DNA of 38,793 nt, taken from a virus. Taxonomy: Duplodnaviria; Caudoviricetes. The first letter of the stretch is position 1. Each line of letters begins with the position of its first letter. Under the pieces are notes generated by a model. The model saw only the letters and a list, made by a program, of their open reading frames with translations, was not told the DNA's origin and searched no databases. Made by a program: the position numbers and the translations under genes. Location of the stretch: positions 1-38,793 of IMG/VR virus record IMGVR_UViG_3300044528_000037. One strand, given 5' to 3'. Below are positions 34,001 to 38,793 of this stretch, piece after piece.

Positions 34001-35525
34001 TCGGGCCGAGCGACCCGATCGCGCCGACGAGGGCGTCGCCGAGGATGTCCACGACCCGGGTGATGACCGGCATGAGTCGGCCGACGACGGGCAACAGAGC
34101 GCCGATCAGTCGCACGAAGACCGGCAGCGCGGCGCGCACGAGCTGCAAGATGACGGTGACGAGCGTGCCGAGCACGCGCCTGCCGAGGTCGAGCAGCGGC
34201 CGGACCAACGGCATGACCGCTCCGAGCAGCTGCCCGAACGCGTCACGCACCTCGGGCATCCCGAACGCCAGGCCGAGCAGCCCCGCCGCCACCGGGTTCA
34301 GCGAGCCGACCAGCTGACCGAGCACCGGGATGTTGCGCGTCGCGATGCCGCCGGCGAACGTCGCCAGCGCGGCGGCGACCGCCGGGATGATCGGCGCCAG
34401 CTCCTTCAACGTGTTGGTGAACCCTTGGATCTGCTCGCTGCCGACGTTGGCGACGAAGTCACGGATGCGCTGGATGACGGTGGCGATCGGTTCGGCGAGC
34501 CCCTTGAAGATGTCTTGGATCACCTGCACGACGGGGTAGAACTTGCCGCCCTCGCTGATCGCCGCGGAGAACTCGCGCGTCAGACCGAACGCGGCGCGTC
34601 CGACCAACGTGAAGGCGGGTTCGAGCCAGCTGCCCATCGCCTCGCGCAGGTTGGCGATCGGCGCTTGCATCGCGGCCCAGTTGAAGGGCCCTTCCGCCAT
34701 CATCTTGCCGGCGATCCCGGCGATGTTGCCGGTCTTCTCCATGATGCCGTTGAAGAGCGCTTGCTGTTTCTCGGCGTCGGTCAGCTGGTCGCGGGTCTTG
34801 CCGATCTGCTGCGCGAACTTGTCTTGCGCGTCGGTCGCGTTGAGGCCGATCGTGCGGAAGATGGCGAGGTTGGTGTTGCCGGTTTGCAGTCCGTAGATCA
34901 GCTCTTGGATGACCTCGTTGCCAGTCTGCCCGGTGGTGACCGCGATGTCCTCGGCTCGTGCGTACAGCTCCCACGCGCGGGTGGCGTCGCCGCCGGTGCG
35001 AACGAACTGCATCATCACGCTGCGCGCGTTCTGTGTTGACGAGCCGAGTCCGACCATGCGGCGGATGCCGTCGGTGATGGTCGTGTTGCTCACGCCCATC
35101 TGATCGCCCACGAGGCTCAGCGCGTTGTTGAACTGCATCGCCTTCGTGTACGTCTGCGCGTTGGCGGCGGCGAAGCCGACGATGGCGGTGGTGGCGAGCC
35201 CGGCGCCGACCGTTGCGGCCTTGCCCATCCCGAGCAGCGCGGTGCCGACCTTCTCCAACCCGGCGGTCGAGACCTTGCCGAGCGCGCCGCCGATCTTGCC
35301 CGCGATCGACCGACCGGCGCTGTCGGCTTCGCCCTCCATGCCCCGGCGAGGGATCAGGTCACGACCGCCGCCCGTGGCGCGGCTGATGTCGGTACCGAGC
35401 TGGCGACCCGCGTCGCGACCGACTCCGGACAGCGACCGCGACATCTCTCGGCTGATCTGACGTTGGAAGCCGACGAACGACGGCTGGATCTGTACGAAGG
35501 CCTGACCAACGAAGCCGTCAGCCAC
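31002..35525 (-). CDS. Tape measure protein with C-terminal peptidoglycan hydrolase domains
   Basis: 1507 aa with periodic Trp repeats; TSALRPGD..YH..ARD..H.DHLH peptidase-like motif; SES..P.AINNYDSNAQKGTPSKGLMQVIDPTF lytic transglycosylase. Confidence 0.93.
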   Translation of the reverse strand: MADGFVGQAFVQIQPSFVGFQRQISREMSRSLSGVGRDAGRQLGTDISRATGGGRDLIPRRGMEGEADSAGRSIAGKIGGALGKVSTAGLEKVGTALLGMGKAATVGAGLATTAIVGFAAANAQTYTKAMQFNNALSLVGDQMGVSNTTITDGIRRMVGLGSSTQNARSVMMQFVRTGGDATRAWELYARAEDIAVTTGQTGNEVIQELIYGLQTGNTNLAIFRTIGLNATDAQDKFAQQIGKTRDQLTDAEKQQALFNGIMEKTGNIAGIAGKMMAEGPFNWAAMQAPIANLREAMGSWLEPAFTLVGRAAFGLTREFSAAISEGGKFYPVVQVIQDIFKGLAEPIATVIQRIRDFVANVGSEQIQGFTNTLKELAPIIPAVAAALATFAGGIATRNIPVLGQLVGSLNPVAAGLLGLAFGMPEVRDAFGQLLGAVMPLVRPLLDLGRRVLGTLVTVILQLVRAALPVFVRLIGALLPVVGRLMPVITRVVDILGDALVGAIGSLGPMLVRIVELFGRILDAIAPLLPPIATLVGRIIEFAVRAIEPLIDPAIKLVEAALYPMLDIVELLIGPLGVMIELLGPLLVVMGEVVGTILTALAPILQPLAYGATAVAIAFGIWNAVMWAMSINPIVLIILGIVAAIALVVIAVRKLAEYWTTIWGWIVDNWKLLAVILLAPIALPLAIAAGLFFLFRDKVMAVFNAVWGAILWAWNLISPIVNAIAAAFTWLLDTVIRPVINWIIDNWRLLAVIFAGVILGPIALVVAAFVFFRDTTVAVFSAVGNAFMWVWRALLLPVFTALWTIVSWVWNAVLRPVFSAIITVWTAVANAIKWAWAAIILPTINVLWAIFRVVIALWLLPLFLTFRAAWWALSTGFKWAWDNVIKPAVNALWSLIKWAWETVIQPLFRAFMWVWNQVATTFKFYWENIIKPAWNALTTALQWAWNTIIHPIFALIQRVWGAVGNTIRSVWERFISPAWEAMKNGIRSVRDVVSRMVDAIRSIWDGIRSALRKPVKWVVDFAINPLIKGANLILDKIGLGIKPIPGFAAGGRIPGWGGGDRVLSLLEPGEWVLTKQQARAIGYHRLRGLPRYARGGMVDDGPGARWSWNPIDIGRSVVGGLVDLGGNAINAATNLIRWAAYQAFEKFTAPFRAFIEKHIVPRLGTGDWFGGAFGKYTLYLLDKLLEFVRGKSEDEITFGGGMGIDDIVRQVIAQFPALRVTSALRPGDTKSYHSKNLARDLAGPQDVMYNAGKWVQDTLAAALLEGIHNPTLSVKDGKIVGPGLWGPATWAGHRDHLHLAAEAAVGATVGGDWGSWMATAMRVMGVNPAVWSAALTAQARSESNFDPRAINNYDSNAQKGTPSKGLMQVIDPTFQAMRARFPQLAATPNNIWDPVANIAAGIAWMMYNYGANPHSLGRMAGRIGRGYDSGGWLPPGASIAVNNTGRPEPVLSARQWDDLLRSSEAGGDMRPVVELLRRIATATEHGTSVVIDGREVARVVDREIGWVT

Positions 35526-35934
35526 GGGAGCCCTCCAACGCCATCATCGAGCGCGTGAAGTCGGACCAGCTGACCTTGCCGTCACCCGCGCTGTCGCTCG
35601 CCTTCGAGCGCCGGCGGGCGCCGGGCCGCTGCATCGGCTCGGGTCGAGCAACATGCTTGGCACCGGCCGCGCGCGCGGTCAGCCAGGTCAGTTGTCGGAC
35701 CTCGTCGATGAGCACGGCGAGTAAGTGCTCCGTGATCGACCACGATGCGACGTGGTCGGAGTCAGGCCACGTTCCTGGCGGCAACGCCGAGAGCGCGAGC
35801 GCGACCCGCCGCAACGACACGGAGTCGTCCAGCACGTCGATGTTGTAGGCGCGCAGCAGCGCTAGTTCTACCTTCGGGTCAGCTCGCGCACGCGCGGCTT
35901 CGATGAGAGCTGACCCCTGTCGAAACCCGACCAC
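35518..35934 (-). CDS. Tail assembly chaperone, frameshifted C-terminal part (gpT-like)
   Basis: Overlaps the upstream chaperone in the -1 frame; immediately before TMP. Confidence 0.8.
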   Translation of the reverse strand: MVGFRQGSALIEAARARADPKVELALLRAYNIDVLDDSVSLRRVALALSALPPGTWPDSDHVASWSITEHLLAVLIDEVRQLTWLTARAAGAKHVARPEPMQRPGARRRSKASDSAGDGKVSWSDFTRSMMALEGSRG

Positions 35935-36245
35935 TTGGCGAGCGCTTCGAAGAGCGCTTCGACCTCACCGAAGCGCCAGTCGTAGGAGTTGAACAGCAAC
36001 GCTTGTTCGGGCCCGAGCAGCTGGCGGATGCCTTCGACGATGTCGCCTTCGGCGAAGCAGTTCTGTGCTTCGAGGGTCCACTGCTTCTGTTCGGGGAAGT
36101 CGACGGCGTCGACCTCGAGGGTGCCGTCGTCGAGCTCGCGGACGCCGAGCTCGACGTGGAACAGTTTGTGCGTTGCTTCTGCGTGCGCGGCTCGGTACCC
36201 GGCGAGGTCGAACCCCGCCGGCTCCGTGCCGTTGGTGGCGGTCAC
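35868..36245 (-). CDS. Tail assembly chaperone (gpG-like)
   Basis: Between major tail and TMP genes. Confidence 0.8.
   Translation of the reverse strand: MTATNGTEPAGFDLAGYRAAHAEATHKLFHVELGVRELDDGTLEVDAVDFPEQKQWTLEAQNCFAEGDIVEGIRQLLGPEQALLFNSYDWRFGEVEALFEALAKWSGFDRGQLSSKPRVRELTRR
35922..35928 (-). other. -1 ribosomal frameshift slippery site G GGT TTC
   Basis: X XXY YYZ heptamer in frame (TCG GGT TTC); a -1 slip enters ORF 35518..35934. Confidence 0.75.
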
Positions 36246-36905
36246 TTAGGACTCCGGGGTGTAGCCGCCGTTCCCAGCGGACACGGTCTGCGGGCTCTGA
36301 TGTGCTTGGGCGGAAGCGGGCTCGGCGCCGCTGCCGAGGATGCGTCCCATGACGCGCACGAGACGCCCTTGGGTTTCGAGTGCCGAGAACGTCACGTCGA
36401 GCAGCGCCGCGCTCGACCGCTGGAACTGCATGTCACCGGCGGCGTTCAGCTGCACGCGCGGGAAGATGATGCGCGCTTCGTTGTCGCCATCCTTGACGTC
36501 GAGGCCGATCTGATGACGGCGACCCGCTTGGTCGGAACGCACGTCGAACGCGAACGTGCCGTCCGGCTGCATCGTCGGTTCCTCGATGTCCCAGTACAGG
36601 GCGAGGTTGAGGCTGTTCCACTGCATGAGCTGGAACTGCACGGTGACGGTGCGGCCGGTGATCACGCTTCGCAGCGCGCCGAGCGCTTGCCAGCCGCGGA
36701 TGTCTTCGGTGTCGGTGGAGGTGCTGACGGTGGGTCCGTCCTCGCTGGCGTAGCCGAGTGACGACCACCCTTCACCGAACTCGGTGTCGATGTCTTGCGG
36801 GTACTCGGCGGTCATATCCGCGATCCAGAGACCCGGACCGCGCGCGATACCGACGACGAGCTGGTCGGCATCGAGTCCGCTGGGCTGGGGTTCGGTCTGT
36901 GTCAT
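36246..36905 (-). CDS. Major tail protein
   Basis: LGYASEDG, EDIRGWQ; phi-C31/actinophage-like tail tube motifs. Confidence 0.85.
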   Translation of the reverse strand: MTQTEPQPSGLDADQLVVGIARGPGLWIADMTAEYPQDIDTEFGEGWSSLGYASEDGPTVSTSTDTEDIRGWQALGALRSVITGRTVTVQFQLMQWNSLNLALYWDIEEPTMQPDGTFAFDVRSDQAGRRHQIGLDVKDGDNEARIIFPRVQLNAAGDMQFQRSSAALLDVTFSALETQGRLVRVMGRILGSGAEPASAQAHQSPQTVSAGNGGYTPES

Positions 36906-36914
36906 TGCGTTCTC

Positions 36915-37361
36915 CTATCGCATAGGTGCTTGTTGGTGGATCGTGAGGGTCACCGTTGTCACGCAGCGGTAGACCCCTTGCGCGGTGCTGGCGTCCTGGT
37001 CGACGAAGAGCCCGGAGGTCTCGTCACAAGCAGCCAGCGCGAAGCGGATGCCGTCACCGAAGCTGATCGTGTCGCCTTCGGACGACTTCAAGTAGGCGAC
37101 GGTGTCGAGCACGAGGTTGATCGCCTCTTGGCGCCGCACCGACCACGCGTTGATATCGACGCGGGGTCGCTCGATAGCGCCCGGTGGCCAGTCGGCGATG
37201 CCGCCGGCGCGTATCGCGGACACGGACGGCAGTCGCTCGACTCCCGGAAACGTCGGGTCGACTCGCACGCCCGTGCCCGCGAACGCCCGTTGCAGCATCG
37301 AGCGGAGCGCAAGCTCGATGTCCACTCCGGGCCGGATCCGAGTGATGAGGCGCGGGCTCAC
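36915..37361 (-). CDS. Tail terminator protein
   Basis: Position before the major tail gene; RAGG..PRVDINAW. Confidence 0.7.
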   Translation of the reverse strand: MSPRLITRIRPGVDIELALRSMLQRAFAGTGVRVDPTFPGVERLPSVSAIRAGGIADWPPGAIERPRVDINAWSVRRQEAINLVLDTVAYLKSSEGDTISFGDGIRFALAACDETSGLFVDQDASTAQGVYRCVTTVTLTIHQQAPMR

Positions 37362-37687
37362 CGGCGCGACAGCTTCCGGTTCGGATCCTGGGAGCGCAGC
37401 CAGTCGAGCGCGTGATTGAGTGGCCGCAACGCCAGCTGCGGACGGCCGAGCGGCCCGTACTCCTGCATGAGCGCGCGCGGCGCAGTGTTCACAACGTTCG
37501 CCGCTTGGCGACCGCGGAAGCCCGTCGTCGCCATCACGCGGATGGCGCCGGGCGGTGATGCGTAGGCGCGCGCGACGTCGGCGGTGCGTTGCGCCACGCC
37601 GACCATGAAGCGCGACATCTCGGCGGAGCGGAGCAGCTGCTCGACTCCGGAACCGGCGCCGACGTTCATGCGGTATTCGACGCTCAT
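37358..37687 (-). CDS. Tail completion/neck protein (HK97 gp10-like)
   Basis: LLRS.EM, QEYG..RPL..AL. Confidence 0.7.
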   Translation of the reverse strand: MSVEYRMNVGAGSGVEQLLRSAEMSRFMVGVAQRTADVARAYASPPGAIRVMATTGFRGRQAANVVNTAPRALMQEYGPLGRPQLALRPLNHALDWLRSQDPNRKLSRR

Positions 37688-38793
37688 ATCGGGTAGCTCC
37701 CCGAGAACCGCACCCCGGTCATCGCACCGACCGCGGGCACCATCGGATCAAGAATCATCACCGACCCCGACGAGAAGTTGACCGTCGCCGACACGACCGC
37801 CCGCACCGTCGCGCTCATCGCCAGCATGTCGACGTAACGATGGTTTCCGGGTCGCCACTCGGCGGGCAGCGTCATCAGCGTGAGCGACCCGCTCGCGAAG
37901 GCCAGGCTCGGCAACGTCAACGCGCCTTGCAGATAGACGAAGTTGCCGACGCGGGCGATCGACGGTGGCGGCGACCCGGCTGTGATGCCCGCGGCGGTGT
38001 AACCCGCGGTCACGACGTTCGTCCATACGAGCGGCCCAGCCAGCTGCGTCCATGCCGTCCACGTCGAGCCGACGAACCCCCGCCAAAACAACATCGGCGT
38101 CGGGCTGCCGCCCACCCAAAACTGCGAAGTGGGTTGCGAGGCCGCGCCATGCCACGTCGTCATCACGATGCCGTTCGCCGCGACCGGCGCGTTCAGCGTC
38201 GACGCGTTCGTCTGCCACGCCCCGTTGTGTGCGAGCAATGCGTTGCAGTCGGCGACGGGATAACGGTCGCCGAGCACACTGGTCCACGGTCGCCACGCGC
38301 CGCCCGTACATGAGCGGATCCACAAGCGCGACGGATCTCCCGCCGCGCCCGTGTTGCGCATCTGCCACACCTGCACGAGTTCGGTCGAGCTCTGTGCCGC
38401 GACGGTGAGCGTGCCGGACACGGCGGGCGCGGTGGCTTGGCCGAGGAAGGGCGGGCCGTTCGTTGCGAACTCGTTGATCTGATAGAAGCCGCTCGCCGTG
38501 CACGCGTTGAAGTCGGTTGCGACCGTGGCACTGACCGCCCCGAACGCCGGGTTCGCCCAGTCGATGACGCCCGCCGCGAAGCCGGTGCGCGTCAGCACCT
38601 GACCCATCGTTCCGCCCGTCGGCACACCGGGGCCCGGCGGACCTTGCTCACCCGCTGGGATCCCGAACACGAACAGCTTCGCCGTGTCGGGGCCCGACGC
38701 CGTGACCGTGGGCGCGGAACCGGCGGCGAGCCCCGACGCGGTCGGTGTGCCGAACCCGGCGGCGGCGCCGGGCGGTCCCGCCACACGCCGATG
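37684..38793 (-). CDS. Fibre protein with collagen stub and two pyocin-knob-like domains, 5' truncated
   Basis: Frame open to the window end; GIPAGEQGPPGPGVPTGG..GQVL, DFN...SGFY..QVW..LWIR..WRPW repeated twice. Confidence 0.75.
   Translation of the reverse strand, partial: HRRVAGPPGAAAGFGTPTASGLAAGSAPTVTASGPDTAKLFVFGIPAGEQGPPGPGVPTGGTMGQVLTRTGFAAGVIDWANPAFGAVSATVATDFNACTASGFYQINEFATNGPPFLGQATAPAVSGTLTVAAQSSTELVQVWQMRNTGAAGDPSRLWIRSCTGGAWRPWTSVLGDRYPVADCNALLAHNGAWQTNASTLNAPVAANGIVMTTWHGAASQPTSQFWVGGSPTPMLFWRGFVGSTWTAWTQLAGPLVWTNVVTAGYTAAGITAGSPPPSIARVGNFVYLQGALTLPSLAFASGSLTLMTLPAEWRPGNHRYVDMLAMSATVRAVVSATVNFSSGSVMILDPMVPAVGAMTGVRFSGSYPI

Larger units (their letters stand above)
1..38793. mobile_element. 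Temperate siphovirus genome/prophage, near complete, actinobacterial host
   Basis: Full head, tail, lysis, integrase/repressor, recombination and replication modules; dense ATGA/GTGA-coupled operons; no host housekeeping genes. Confidence 0.95.

Noticed and set aside
31635-35039. 1134-aa plus-strand ORF (likewise 6781..8745, 5377..6723, 27589..29355, 14988..16340)
   Set aside because: Antisense shadows of recognisable minus-strand genes; expected in high-GC DNA; no motifs
38700-38793. Direct circular join of the right end to the left end
   Set aside because: No terminal overlap seen, and joining puts the 1..358 gene out of frame with the 37684 gene, so sequence is missing between them

Overview
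The window is a near-complete genome of a temperate, high-GC (roughly 70% by eye) siphovirus of Actinomycetota. The endolysin cell-wall-binding repeats hint at an Acidimicrobiia-like host (inference). It is linearised inside a collagen/fibre gene cluster: both ends are truncated genes and they do not join in frame. The minus strand carries HNH, terS, terL, portal, a MuF-like protein with an ADP-ribosyltransferase domain, scaffold, capsid, neck genes, collagen fibre genes, tail genes (with a -1 frameshift chaperone pair), lysis genes, a large serine integrase, cro, YqaJ/RecT and a replication initiator. The plus strand carries a repressor, small early genes and a 7-deazaguanine DNA-modification operon (ParB-like, DpdA-like transglycosylase, DpdL-like QueD paralog, QueD, QueE, PRTase-FolE fusion, no QueC) that predicts 7-deazaguanine (dDG) or dCDG in the DNA. 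The most unusual observations are: this operon and its PRTase-FolE fusion; collagen fibre genes cut twice at the same point of a repeat module; a palindrome-packed divergent region with an attP-like site bounded by 14-bp inverted start-associated motifs; a repeated GACATAGGAGCAA start motif with an orphan copy in a hairpin loop; and the MuF-ART gene with a small coupled partner. All calls come from reading motifs by eye; no database searches were run.
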